In this document: piece by piece, positions 1-15,765 of the stretch
Numbering within the stretch: the first letter of the stretch is position 1
Layout: the number at the start of each line of letters is the position of its first letter
Assembly: GCA_950097015.1 (NCBI GenBank)
Contig: CATNEN010000039.1
Coordinates: 18,414,001 to 18,478,000 of the forward strand
Source of the DNA: Macrostomum hystrix
Lineage: Eukaryota; Animalia; Platyhelminthes
Direction of reading: 5' to 3'
Length of the DNA: 64,000 nucleotides
Notes under the pieces: model-generated
Database searches by the model: none
What the model was told of the DNA's origin: nothing
Seen by the model: the letters and a program-made list of their open reading frames with translations, nothing else
Position numbers and translations under genes: made by a program

Positions 1-819
1 TAATAAATATTAAAGCAGTTAAATGGTTTGACCTTAAGTATCGGATTTTAACTAGTTCCCATCTGTATCCTCAATGGGAAAATTTCCCCATTATTCTGAC
101 ATAGGATTTTTATCGCTCTGGTTGTCCTAGCAGTCCAAATGCTGTTTTTTGATTGGTATGATACAAAATTAGCGACTTCCTGTTGAATTTCCTTCCTGAG
201 CAGTGCTCAAACCCCGAGAGTGATCACTCTCACCCTGAGCCATTTAAATAAAATAATAATAATAAACGCCAATGCAGCCGCCACACTCTAGCCACTTATC
301 TCGCATTCAGACAGATGGCCACATGGGACCAAAGGCTGAGCGAACGGAACCGGTTAGAACCGGTTTGTACAGTCCATCCAGTCTGCTCCTCTCCCGAAAG
401 CTAAAAAACTGCCCAGTTTAAATTCCATTCGCCGCCGCATGGCCCCCAAAGATTACAGAGAGATTGGGGATTAAAATTAAAAAGAGCTGGCATCTATCTT
501 CCCAACCCGTTGGATAAACGCCCCCCCTGTACCCACAACCTCACTGCTTAATCCTACTCAAGAGACGCTGCTGCTCACAGACTCACATTCCGCTGATGGG
601 AAATTATCCCCATTGGGAGAATTTTTCAGCAGATACTAAAAAACTGACAAAGCAAGACCGGAGCTGTTTCAGAGCTGAGAAGCTGAGCAGAAGCTACAAA
701 GTAAAAAATTCTTTGAAATCTGAGCCTATTGATCGTTAGGTAAGTCTTGTAGCAATGTTATCATTGCTTTTAACTGTCTACTCAAGCATAGTGTATCGGC
801 AGCATTTTCTTTTGTCTCA

Positions 820-1146
820 TTCCATGATTTGGTGCGATTCCATGACTTGGTTCGATTCCATGATTTGATTCGATTCCTTGATTTGGGTCGATTCCATGAT
901 TTGGTTGGATTCCTTGGTTTGATCCGATTCCTTGGTTTGGTTCGATTCCATGATTTGGTTCGATTCCATGGTATTGCTCGAATCCAAAATCTGTGTTCGT
1001 TTCTTAATTCTAGGCTTTATTTTTTTTCTAGGTTCGATTCCCAACTCTAGGTTCGATTCAAAATTCTAGGTTCGATTCTCAATTCTAGGTTCGATTCCCA
1101 ACTCTAGGTTCGATTCCCAACTCTAGTTTCGATTCCCAACTCTAGG
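820..1146. repeat. Minisatellite with GGTTCGATTCC core in the probable 5' UTR intron of the MFS gene
   Basis: About 18-bp units GGTTCGATTCCATGATTT / CTAGGTTCGATTCCCAACT. Confidence 0.9.
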
Positions 1147-1174
1147 TTCCTGTCGAAGCCTACCATCGGAATCG

Positions 1175-3700
<2,526 letters not shown>

Positions 3701-4331
3701 CGCGGAGTTTGGTGTTTGCGACGTCCGCCTTTATTATTCTTCTAGGAAAAAAAAATTGTTATATTAAAAGATTTCTAAGAAAAAAATATTTCTCTCTAAT
3801 TATAGATTTCTAGGGAATGAAAGACTTCTAGGAAAATTTATATTTCTAGGAAATTAAAGATTTCTACGAACTGAAGTCAAGTATTTTTCGAACTCAAGTA
3901 TTAAAAACTATACCAAAACATTTTCTCTTTAATGAATACTACACAGGAAAACCAAGTTTGTAATGTATATTTTCGTCGAAATTACAAATAGCTAGGAAGT
4001 GCAAACTTTAAATGCAATCCTATCAATAAATTCTTCAATACGAGACTGACTATAGCAAGAGAATATGTTTATGGGCTAAAAAATAAATTCTATCCATGTG
4101 TTACTTTCGATCACCGTATAATGTATATTGTCACCAGATATACATTTTTGCAAGCTTCCTATTTGGTTTTTTCATCATTCAAATCGGTGCGTGGCCGTCA
4201 GCAGTCTGACGTGGCAGCGTAGTAGAGATTCTGTATAGACAAACCATATAAAGCCATAGACAATAGAAATCAATTGGGTTTTAACTGCGAGCCATTTGGG
4301 CCATAGCTGGAAGGCATAGCCAAAGCAAAGA

Positions 4332-4774
4332 ATGGCGCAGAGAGGACCATCCGCTAAAATCCGTCTGGTGGACAGAGAGAGGATAGTGAATGCATACGTG
4401 ACGGGTGGCGACTGGAAGGCGCTTGGTCGAATGATGGGTTTCGCAAAACAGTCGGTTCGAAACATCGTGACCACGTACGAAGAGACCGGAAGAACGCACA
4501 CTTTGCCGAAAGGAGGAGTCAACAATATCTGGCGAATTAAAAGACGCAAAAGCTCACCGAACCTTTGGTGAATAGGCTGGTTGAATTTGTCAGTGACTAC
4601 CCTGCCGCTACGCTGGAGCAGATGAGATCGCGCCTGCTTCAGGGCAACGACGATGACTTCAACATCAGTCTCAGTGCCATTAGTCGTGCTCTGGATGGCC
4701 AGTTGATCACACTAAAGCTTCTGCGCCAGGTCCCTGTTGATTGGAACACACGGCGTTGGCGAATTAAAAATTAG
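4332..4774 (+). mobile_element. Decayed IS630/Tc1/mariner transposase, N-terminal HTH region
   Basis: Two frameshifted ORFs (DRERIVNAY..SVRNIVTTYEETG..PKGG and LVEFVSDYPAATLEQMRSRL..ISLSAISRAL..ITLKLL) resembling the paired HTH domains of this superfamily; no intact DDE domain. Confidence 0.7.
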
Positions 4775-5122
4775 CGGCTGATGCCTCATCTGCCTTTATA
4801 GTGTACGCGGAGGGGCAGGTGTCAGAGTCTCACTACTCACTACTTACTCATTGCTGCAAAATAGCAAGCATTTTAAACATTTCAAATACGCCTCAGAACA
4901 TAGTATTTGCATGCTAAAAATGACTCACGTACACGGCGAGGCGCCCATGGATCGATACAGCCCAGGAACGGGAGGGAGCGGTTTGGCGAGCTTTTGTTGT
5001 GGACATTGCTTGTAGGACATAGAGACAGTGTCTCCATTTGTCCCCCTTCCTGCCGTCTGTACGCGCGCGCTCATTGATGTATAATACAATGGAAGCGAGA
5101 GGCAGCGCTTTTGTCGAGAGGC

Positions 5123-7813
5123 AACACTCTGATAATCCAACACTCTGATAATCCAACATTCTCTGATAATCCAACACTCTCTGATAATCCAACACTCTCT
5201 GATAATCCAACACTCTCTGATAATCCGACACTCTCTGATAATCCAACACTCTCTGATAATCCAGCACTCTCTGATAATCCAACACTCTCTGATAATCCAG
5301 CACTCTCTGATAATCCAGCACTCTCTGATAATCCAACACTCTCTGATAATCCAGCACTCTCTGATAATCCAACACTCTCTGATAATCCAACACTCTCTGA
5401 TAATCCAGCACTCTCTGATAATCCAACACTCTCTGATAATCCAACACTCTCTGATAATCCAACACTCTCTGATAATCCAACACTCTGATAATCCAACACT
5501 CTCTGATAATCCAGCACTCTCTGATAATCCAACACTCTCTGATAATCCAACACTCTCTGATAATCCAACACTCTCTGATAATCCAACACTCTCTGATAAT
5601 CCAACACTCTCTGATAATCCAGCACTCTCTGATAATCCAACACTCTCTGATAATCCAACACTCTCTGATAATCCAACACTCTCTGATAATCCAACACTCT
5701 CTGATAATCCAACACTCTCTGATAATCCAACACTCTCTGATAATCCAACACTCTCTGATAATCCAACACTCTCTGATAATCCAACACTCTCTGATAATCC
5801 AACACTCTCTGATAATCTAATCCAACACTCTCTGATAATCCAACACTCTCTGATAATCCAACACTCTCTGATAATCCAACACTCTCTGATAATCCAACAC
5901 TCTCTGATAATCCAACACTCTCTGATAATCCAAGCACTCTCTGATAATCCAACACTCTCTGATAATCCAACACTCTCTGATAATCCAACACTCTCTGATA
6001 ATCCAACACTCTCTGATAATCCAACACTCTCTGATAATCCAGCACTCTCTGATAATCCAACACTCTCTGATAATCCAACACTCTCTGATAATCCAACACT
6101 CTCTGATAATCCAACACTCTCTGATAATCCAACACTCTCTGATAATCCAACACTCTCTGATAATCCAACACTCTCTGATAATCCACACTCTCTGATAATC
6201 CAACACTCTCTGATAATCCAACACTCTCTGATAATCCAACACTCTCTGATAATCCAACACTCTCTGATAATCCAACACTCTCTGATAATCCAACACTCTC
6301 TGATAATCCAACACTCTCTGATAATCCAACACTCTCTGATAATCCAACACTCTCTGATAATCCAACACTCTCTGATAATCCAACACTCTCTGATAATCCA
6401 ACACTCTCTGATAATCCAACACTCTCTGATAATCCAAGACTCTGATAATCAAACACTCTCTGATAATCCAACTCTCTGATAATCCAACACTCTCTGATAA
6501 TCCAACTCTCTGATAATCCAACACTCTCTGATAATCCAACACTCTCTGATAATCCAACACTCTCTGATAATCCAACACTCTCTGATAATCCAACACTCTC
6601 TGATAATCCAACACTCTCTGATAATCCAACTCTCTGATAATCCAACACTCTCTGATAATCCAACACCTCTCTGATAATCCAACACTCTCTGATAATCCAA
6701 CACTCTCTGATAATCCAACACTCTCTGATAATCCAACACTCTCTGATAATCCAACACTCTCTGATAATCCAACACTCTCTGATAATCCAACACTCTCTGA
6801 TAATCCAACACTCTGATAATCCAACACTCTCTGATAATCCAACACTCTCTGATAATCCAACACTCTCTGATAATCCAACACTCTCTGATAATCAACCTCT
6901 CTGATAATCCAACACTCTCTGATAATCCACCCCCACTCTCTGATAATCCAACACTCTCTGATAATCCAACACTCTCTGATAATCCAACACTCTCTGATAA
7001 TCCAACACTCTCTGATATCCAAACTCTCTGATAATCCAACACTCTCTGATAATCCAAACTCTCTGATAATCCAACACTCTCTGATAATCCAACACTCTCT
7101 GATAATCCAACACTCTCTGATAATCCAACACTCTCTGATAATCCAAACTCTCTGATAATCCAAACACTCTCTGATAATCCACACTCTCTGATAATCCACA
7201 CTCTCTGATAATCCAACACTCTGATAATCCAACCTCTCTGATAATCCAACACTCTCTGATAATCCAACACTCTCTGATAATCCAACACTCTCTGATAATC
7301 CAACACTCCTGATAATCCAACACTCTCTGATAATCCAACACTCTCTGATAATCCAACACTCTCTGATAATCCAACACTCTCTGATAATCCAACACTCTCT
7401 GATAATCCAGCACTCTCTGATAATCCAAGACTCTCTGATAATCCAACACTCTGATAATCCAACACTCTCTGATAATCCAACACTCTCTGATAATCCAACA
7501 CTCTCTGATAATCCAACACTCTCTGATAATCCAACACTCTCTGATAATCCAACTCTCTGATAATCCAACACTCTCTGATAATCCAACTCTCTCTGATAAT
7601 CCAACACTCTCTGATAATCCAACTCTCTGATAATCCAACACTCTCTGATAATCCAACTCTCTCTGATAATCCAACACTCTCTGATAATCCAACACTCTGA
7701 TAATCCAACACTCTCTGATAATCCAACACTCTCTGATAATCCAACACTCTCTGATAATCCAACACTCTGATAATCCAACACTCTCTGATAATCCAACACT
7801 CTCTGATAATCCA
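5123..7813. repeat. 18-bp tandem satellite
   Basis: About 150 copies of ACACTCTCTGATAATCCA with small indels. Confidence 0.98.
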
Positions 7814-8884
7814 GAATTATTATAATATCTTTTTCTATGATAATCAAAATGGTGCTCGTAGATAATCTCTTACTTTCTGATAATCCAGTACTCTAAGATA
7901 ACCCCCTTCCTTATGATACTCCAGTACTCTAAAAAATCCTGACTTTCTGATAATCCAGTACTCAGGACAATCCAGCAGTCTCAGGACAGGATTCATAATC
8001 CATTTCTGTCTGATAATCCGCCGCTATCATATAATTTTCTCCTCAACCCAGTCAAGCATCTGCCAATGTGCAAATTAAACATTTCTCAGCTGCACTACTC
8101 AAAAGCTCCATCAGCTGCAGCTCACACTGCTCACAGAAGTGTGTGTTGAGTGCTGCTTAAATTATCTGCTAAAAAGTGCAAAAAGCTGAGCAAAAAAGTC
8201 TCTCGCATTCCTAAGTGTCACGCGGCGACGCTACTGTGCTCGAAAACGTGCTCAAACTTTTGCTGTCCACCCCCCATCCAGTTTTCTCGGCAACAATGGC
8301 CTCTTCTCTTCTTCTTAGCCAGCTCCCCGCGGCAGCCAACTCGGAATTGAACCATTTTAGTTGTCAGGTGCAGTTGAGCTGAAATCCATGATTCTATGCC
8401 TATTCAAGTTGAGTTCAAGCAATAAATGTAACTGGGTGGGTGCTCAAATAATTTTGAGTTGGGCTGAGTTGAATAGAGCCACATTCTGCGTACTTCGCCG
8501 CCAAAGTTCGCTTTTTTGAGACCCCGAACCTCCGAGTTTGTCTGCCGCGTGCCACGAGGCCGGAGCAGCTTTGGGCGGGTCTCGATGGCGTGATGCGCTC
8601 CTGTTCTCAGAATGCTGAGTTGGCCCATTGTTCGATACACTTTATTCATTTGCATTTCTCATTTTGGTGTGACAGGTAATTTGTCTTTTCAAGGCTTTTG
8701 CAGCTTTGTCTGCTCAATTCTGCTCAGGGCTGCTTTCTCAGACAACAGCATTTTATTAATATTCATCATTTCATTTCAAGGCCAGTTTTTCAACCCCAAA
8801 ACTCTTCCAGAATTGCTAACGCTGTGTTTTTCATTTAGAGCAATAAATTTTTTTTTGCCTTTGCGCTGCTTTCGACGCTACACC

Positions 8885-9392
8885 TCTACATCTCTCCCTC
8901 TCCATCTCTCCCTCTCCATCTCTCCCTCTCCATCTCTCCCTCTCCATCTCTCCCTCTCTATCTCTCCCTCTCCATCTCTCCCTCTCCATCTCTCCCTCTC
9001 CATCTCTCCCTCTCCATCTCTCCCTCTCCATCTCTCCCTCTCCATCTCTCCCTCTCCATCTCTCCCTCTCCATCTCTCCCTCTCCATCTCTCCCTCTCCA
9101 TCTCTCCCTCTCCATCTCTCCCTCTCCATCTCTCCCTCTCTATCTCTCCCTCTCCATCTCTCCCTCTCCATCTCTCCCTCTCTATCTCTCCCTCTCCATC
9201 TCTCCCTCTCCATCTCTCCCTCTCTATCTCTCCCTCTCCATCTCTCCCTCTCCATCTCTCCCTCTCTATCTCTCCCTCTCTATCTCTCCCTCTCCATCTC
9301 TCCCTCTCCATCTCTCCCTATCCATCTCTCCCTATCCATCTCTCCCTCTCCATCTCTCCCTCTCCATCTCTCCCTCTCAATCTCTCCCTCTC
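8885..9392. repeat. 14-bp pyrimidine-rich tandem repeat
   Basis: CTCCATCTCTCCCT units. Confidence 0.97.
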
Positions 9393-9742
9393 TACCACGG
9401 GATATTTCAAATACCCACTGCCTAGACTTCACGGTTGTTGCCAAACTGAATGACCGATTATCATAAAAGTCCACCATACGGATAAAAATATTCCTCCCTT
9501 TACGATTAACCAATTTTCAAAGCCGTTCGACGTCAGCATCGTCGACATCATCAAGATATTCAGCGATTCTTGTCTAAGACCCTGGAGACAACGACAACAA
9601 GCATTGCCCCGTAAAAAATTCTATGGCGAATACATATTGGATCAACAATAATAAATTCAACAATATTTCCAATCAATATTATCAACTAAATTCGCACATT
9701 TCTGTGGTCCTTTTTGCCATCAGACACCACCGACGAGAATCG
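9392..9742. mobile_element. Dispersed non-coding repeat (MITE-like), copy 1
   Basis: Segments (AAATACCCACTGCCT; GACGTCAGCATCGTC..TCAGCGATTCTTGTC; TTTTGCCATCAGACA) match the reverse complement of 24200-24430, with partial matches at about 19230-19285 and 36030-36070. Confidence 0.6.
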
Positions 9743-9900
9743 GTAAAACAAGTGACTAAAGCAGATGGACACAGATGCTTATAATAAATATTGGATAATT
9801 TTTTTGCTTTCACATGAAACGAAATTTTTTTTAATCAGATAAATAGAAGGAAAGTTTTCACCAATTTTCACACGCATTGCACCAGCATTTCTTTTACTGG

Positions 9901-10244
9901 TATCTCCTCAGTCACTCCACTGTCTCCTCAGTCACTCCACTGTCTCCTCAGTCACTCCAGTGTCTCCTCAGTCACTCCACTGTCTCCTCAGTCACTCCAC
10001 TGTCTCCTCAGTCACTCCACTGTCTCCTCAGTCACTCCACTGTCTCCTCAGTCACTCCAGTGTCTCCTCAGTCACTCCACTGTCTCCTCAGTCACTCCAC
10101 TGTCTCCTCAGTCACTCCAGTGTCTCCTCAGTCACTCCACTGTCTCCTCAGTCACTCCACTGTCTCCTCAGTCACTCCAGTGTCTCCTCAGTCACTCCAC
10201 TGTCTCCTCAGTCACTCCACTGTCTCCTCAGTCACTCCACTGTC
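9901..10244. repeat. 20-bp minisatellite directly after the kinase stop codon
   Basis: About 17 copies of TGTCTCCTCAGTCACTCCAC. Confidence 0.97.
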
Positions 10245-13200
10245 ACTGCAGGAAGGGGTGTCGCAGCAGCTCTGCGGTCTCCGCCCTCCGCTTGGAATCC
10301 CTGGCCACGCAGCGGCGGTAGAAATCTCCCAGATTGTCGGAGGTCCCAGCCGGCAGCGGTGGCAGGTCTTGCTTTTGAATTCGCATTGGGATTTGCATCC
10401 ACGCTAGATTCCCATTCGGAGGCATCATCTGCAGCATCTCGAACACGGTGCAGCCGAACGCCCACACGTCGGTCTTGGGCGAGTACACGATTCGGCCGTC
10501 CTCGCTGTACAGCTCCGGAGCCATGAAGTAGCAGGTGCCGACGAGGTTCTTTGTGCTGCCAAGGGTCGAGTAGATTTCCTTTGCGAGGCCGAAGTCGATC
10601 AGCTTGATGACTCCCTCGTGGGTGAGCATGATGTTGTTGCACTTGATGTCCCTGTGTAGGGTCGGTGTGCTTCGACTGTGCAGGAAGTCGAGTGCCGAAC
10701 AGATCTGCAGGTGTAAAGTTACGCAGAGTGTAGAGTTAATGTGAGCAGCAACAGCCCAGCTTCACTGCCTCATCAGACTGCAACTCACCTGGAATGAGAA
10801 GTCCTTCACCGCTGACTCATTGAAAGGCTTCCGCTGTCGCTGCATCAGTTCAGCAAGGCTGTGTCCTGCGATCAGCTCAGTGAAGATGCACAGCTTTGAG
10901 TTGGATGCTCGCTCAGCCTTGAGAAACAGCACGATGTTCTGGTGTCGAAGGCTGCTCAGCACTGATATCTCCGACATCTGCTGCTGGACTGCGTCATCCA
11001 GAAGGCGAGCGTTGCATGCGGCCTCCAGCTTCACAATCTTGACCGCCACCGTCTGTCGTCTGTCGGTGAAGGCCTTGTACACCTTGCCGAAGCCACCTTC
11101 ACCCAGCAGCTGCTTCTTGCCCTCATCGTCGAGCAGGAAGTCCCAGCTGGCAAAGTCGGCGTCCAGGGACGGCCGGGCACTGGAAGGTCACGGAGGCTGT
11201 GAGTGAGGCGCATTGAGCAGTCCCTCTATCATCAGAGGGAGCATCACCTCTACCTGTGTTGACATGCCCGTGACATCCCTGAGCTGTGCTGACATCCCTA
11301 TAACATCCCTGAGCTGTGCTGACATGCCCATGAAATCCCTCAGCTGTGTTGACATGCCCGTGACATCCCTGAGCTGTGCTGACATCCCCATGACATCCCT
11401 GAGCTGTGCTGACATGCCCATGAAATCCCTCAGCTGTCCTGTAATCCCTTACTTATCCCACAGTGAGCAGTGCTCAGCAGTCAGTAGCCCATGAACTCAC
11501 GGTCGCGGCTGAGTCGTCTCGGGCCGCAGCTGCAAGCCGCCCATCGCCTGAGGCAGCCTCCGCAGCTCCTCATCGGGCGGCTGTGCTCGCTCCGACTGCC
11601 GCCGCAGCCGCTGCTCATCGATCCACTGCAGCAGCCGAGGTCCGTGCCGAGAGTTCAGCCGCGCGTAGTCGGCCAGCGTTTGTCCTTTGCCATCGAGCAG
11701 GTCGAAGGCGGAGTCACCCAGCGTGTCCCAGGTGAGGCGCAGTGAGTCCAGGTCCAGGTGCTGAGCTGCCAGGTGAGCAGGGGTGGCACCGGCTGAGTTT
11801 TTGGCAAGCAGGCAGGCGCGGCCGAGTTCTCTGACGAGCCACTGGAAGGCGGAGCTGCTGGATTCATTCATTGCCGCCATGTGAATCGCGGTGCGATCGA
11901 CTTGTCCTTTCTGGTGGAAGCAGTCTGGACCGAGAAGCGACTTGATGAGCTGCATGGAGTCGGAGCCCTGCTTCCACGCGGCCAGATGGACTGGTGTGTT
12001 GCCTTCTTTGTCTCTCACGGTGAGGCACTCTGGCCCGCAAACCTCCACCAGATACTTGAGGGCGGAGTTGCTGGATTCATTCATTGCCGCCCAGTGAATC
12101 GCGGTGCGATCGAATTGTCCTTTCTGGTGGAAGCAGTCTGGACCGAGAAGCGACTTGATGAGCTGCATGGAGTCGTGGCCCTGCTTCCACGCGGCCAGAT
12201 GGACTGGTGTGTCGCCTAGTCCGTCTCTCACGGTGAGGCACTCTGGCCCGCAAACCTCCACCAGATACTTGAGGGCGGAGTTGCTGGATTCATTCATTGC
12301 CGCCATGTGAATCGCGGTGCGATCGGATCGTCCTTTCTGGTGGAAGCAGTCTGGACCGAGAAGCGACTTGATGAGCTGCATGGAGTCGGAGCCCTGCTTC
12401 CACGCGGCAATATGGACTGGTGTGTTGCCTTCTTTGTCTCTCACGGTGAGGCACTCTGGCCCGCAAACCTCCACCAGATACTTGAGGGCGGAGTTGCTGG
12501 ATGAGTTCTCTGCCGCATTGTGAATCGCGGTTTGATCGAATTGTCCTTTCTGGTGGAAGCAGTCTGGACCGAGAAGCGACTTGATGAGCTGCATGGAGTC
12601 GGAGCCCTGCTTCCACGCGGCCAGATGGATTGGTGTGTTGCCTTGTCCGTCTCTCACTGTGAGGCACTCTGGCCCGCAAACCTCCACCAGATACTTGAGG
12701 GCGGAGTTGCTGGATTCATTCATTGCCGCCCAGTGAATCGCGGTGCGATCGGATCGTCCTTTCTGGTGGAAGCAGTCTGGACCGAGAAGCGACTTGATGA
12801 GCTGCATGGAGTCGGAGCCCTGCTTCCACGCGGCAATATGGACTGGTGTGTTGCCTTCTTTGTCTCTCACGGTGAGGCACTCTGGCCCGCAAACCTCCAC
12901 CAGATACTTGAGGGCGGAGTTGCTGGATGAGTTCTCTGCCGCATTGTGAATCGCGGTTTGATCGAATTGTCCTTTCTGGTGGAAGCAGTCTGGACCGAGA
13001 AGCGACTTGATGAGCTGCATGGAGTCGGAGCCCTGCTTCCACGCGGCCAGATGGATTGGTGTGTTGCCTTGTCCGTCTCTCACTGTGAGGCACTCTGGCC
13101 CGCAAACCTCCACCAGATACTTGAGGGCGGAGTTGCTGGATTCATTCATTGCCGCATGGTGAATCACGGTGCGATCGACTTGTCCTTTCTGGTGGAAGCA

Positions 13201-13725
13201 GTCTGGACCGAGAAGCGACTTGATGAGCTGCATGGAGTCGGAGCCCTGCTTCCACGCGGCCAGATGGACTGGTGTGTTGCCTTTTCCGTCTCTCACTGTG
13301 AGGCACTCTGGCCCGCAAACCTCCACCAGATACTTGAGGGCGGAGTTGCTGGATTCATTCTCTGCCGCCATGTGAATCGCGGTTTGATCGTAATTTCCTT
13401 TCTGGTGGAAGTGGTCGTTGCTGTCCACAGCTCGACGAACGGCCTGCAGCCATGCTCGATCCCGAAACAATGCGGCCAGGTGTACAGTAGTGTTGCCATA
13501 GGAGTTGGTTTCCTCGAGGAAGCCAGGTCCTAGTCGAATAATCAGGGCTTCGAAGCAGCGGAGACCGTCGGGCAACCTCTGGGCGACGTGGTGAGCCAGT
13601 GACTGCTTAAAGCCGAAGGCAGTGAAGCTGGGGTTTGAGTCCACCTGCCGGCACAGACGCAGCAGGCGGTCCGCATCGCGCGCTTCGAGAGCGGCTGCGA
13701 GCTCGGAAGAGGTGGGCGGCGGCAT
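10243..13725 (-). CDS. Ankyrin-repeat array fused to C-terminal STE/MAP3K-like Ser/Thr kinase (about 1025 aa, 3 exons)
   Basis: Exons 13725-11501, 11179-10789, 10704-10243 (phases 2 and 0 join in frame). ANK motifs TPVHLAA/TAIHxAA; kinase motifs GEGGFGKVY, VAVK, EISVL, HRDIKCNN, DFG, GTCYFMAPE, DVWAFG all intact. Confidence 0.92.
11255..11440. repeat. 30-bp tandem repeat in intron 1 of the ANK-kinase gene
   Basis: About 6 copies of CTGTGCTGACATGCCCATGAAATCCCTGAG-like unit. Confidence 0.93.
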
Positions 13726-13809
13726 GGCGTTTGGAGCTGGATTCGGCTGCGGCTGCGAGTTCTGGCGAAGTGGCGTCGGCGTGCAAGTTGAATAGTGTAG
13801 CCTCAGCTG

Positions 13810-13818
13810 CTTATATAA
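13810..13818 (-). promoter_or_regulatory. Candidate TATA box of the ANK-kinase gene
   Basis: Minus strand reads TTATATAAG about 90 nt upstream of the ATG within GC-rich flanks. Confidence 0.4.
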
Positions 13819-14139
13819 TGTGCGAGTGGTGGGGTGGGCGTCAAAGCAGGCTTAAAAAGCAGCAGTTCTGAAGGCCTCACTACTGGCAGTAGTACTGCAG
13901 GCCTTTCAACCGCATTTTTGTAATTTGTTAGAGATGGGCTAAAGCTCGTTTAAGGACAGGAAAACAGTTTCCCGATTTTCTTCGTCAGCTCAGGTTTACA
14001 CTTAATTGATTACTTCTTCTTGACTATTTATTACTGATTACCTTACATCCCCCAGAAGACATGAACTTCTTAAAATTGTGTACAACTTTCTTAAATTAGG
14101 TTTAGTTAGATCTGTCAGATAGGTTTTGCGTTTAGGTTT

Positions 14140-15765
14140 ACCGTTTAGGTTTACCGTTTAGGTTTACCGTTTAGGTTTACCGTTTAGGTTTACCGTTTAG
14201 GTTTACCGTTTAGGTTTACCGTTTAGGTTTACCGTTTAGGTTAACCGTTTAGGTTTACCGTTAAGTTTACCGTTAAGTTTACCGTTAAGTTTACCGTTTA
14301 GGTTTACCGTTTAGGTTTACCGTTTAGGTTTACCGTTTAGGTTTACTGTTTAGGTTTACCGTTTAGGTTTACCATTTAGGTTTACCGTTTAGGTTTACCG
14401 TTTAGGTTAACCGTTTAGGTTAACCGTTTAGGTTTACCGTTTAGGTTTACCGTTTAGGTTTACCGTTTAGGTTTACCATTTAGGTTTACCGTTGAGGTTT
14501 ACCGTTTAGATTTACCGTTTAGGTTTACCGTTTAGGTTTACCGTTAAGTTTACCGTTTAGGTTTACCGTTTAGGTTTACCGTTTAGGTTTACCGTTTAGG
14601 TTTACCGTTTAGGTTTACCGTTTAGGTTTACCGTTTAGGTTTACCGTTTAGGTTTACCGTTTAGGTTTACCGTTTAGGTTTACCGTTTAGGTTTACCGTT
14701 TAGGTTTACCGTTTAGGTTTACCATTTAGGTTTACCGTTTAGGTTTACCGTTTAGGTTTACCGTTTAGGTTTACCGTTTAGGTTTACCGTTTAGGTTTAC
14801 CGTTTAGGTTTACCGTTTAGGTTTACCGTTTAGGTTTACCGTTTAGGTTTACCGTTTAGGTTTACCGTTTAGGTTTACCGTTTAGGTTTACCGTTTAGGT
14901 TTACCGTTTAGGTTTACCGTTTAGGTTTACCGTTTAGGTTTACCGTTTAGGTTTACCGTTTAGGTTTACCGTTTAGGTTTACCGTTTAGGTTTACCGTTT
15001 AGGTTTACCGTTTAGGTTTACCGTTTAGGTTTACCGTTTAGGTTTACCGTTTAGGTTTACCGTTTAGGTTTACCGTTTAGGTTTACCGTTTAGGTTTACC
15101 GTTTAGGTTTACCGTTTAGGTTTACCGTTTAGGTTTACCGTTGAGGTTTACCATTTAGGTTTACCGTTGAGGTTTACCGTTTAGATTTACCGTTTAGGTT
15201 TACCGTTTAGGTTTACCGTTAAGTTTACCGTTTAGGTTTACCGTTTAGGTTTACCGTTAAGTTTACCGTTAAGTTTACCGTTAAGTTTACCGTTTAGGTT
15301 TACCGTTCAGGTTTACCGTTTAGGTTTACCGTTTAGGTTTACCGTTTAGGTTTACCGTTTAGGTTTACCGTTTAGGTTTACCGTTTAGGTTAACCGTTTA
15401 GGTTTACCGTTTAGGTTTACCGTTTAGGTTTACCGTTTAGGTTTACCGTTGAGGTTTACCATTTAGGTTTACCGTTGAGGTTTACCGTTTAGATTTACCG
15501 TTTAGGTTTACCGTTTAGGTTTACCGTTAAGTTTACCGTTTAGGTTTACCGTTTAGGTTTACCGTTAAGTTTACCGTTAAGTTTACCGTTAAGTTTACCG
15601 TTTAGGTTTACCGTTTAGGTTTACCGTTTAGGTTTACCGTTTAGGTTTACCGTTTAGGTTTACCGTTTAGGTTTACCGTTTAGGTTTACCGTTTAGGTTT
15701 ACCGTTTAGGTTTACCGTTTAGGTTTACCGTTTAGGTTTACCGTTTAGGTTTACAGTTAAGTTTA
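14140..15765. repeat. 13-bp tandem satellite between divergent genes
   Basis: About 120 copies of TTTAGGTTTACCG. Confidence 0.98.

Noticed and set aside
4914-7847. Long ORFs (LDYQRV / VGLSES / CWIIRE repeats)
   Set aside because: Translations of the 18-bp satellite; frames swap at indels.
8150-8880. Short ORFs between satellites
   Set aside because: No domain or splice support; the 284-aa ORF is mostly the 14-bp repeat.
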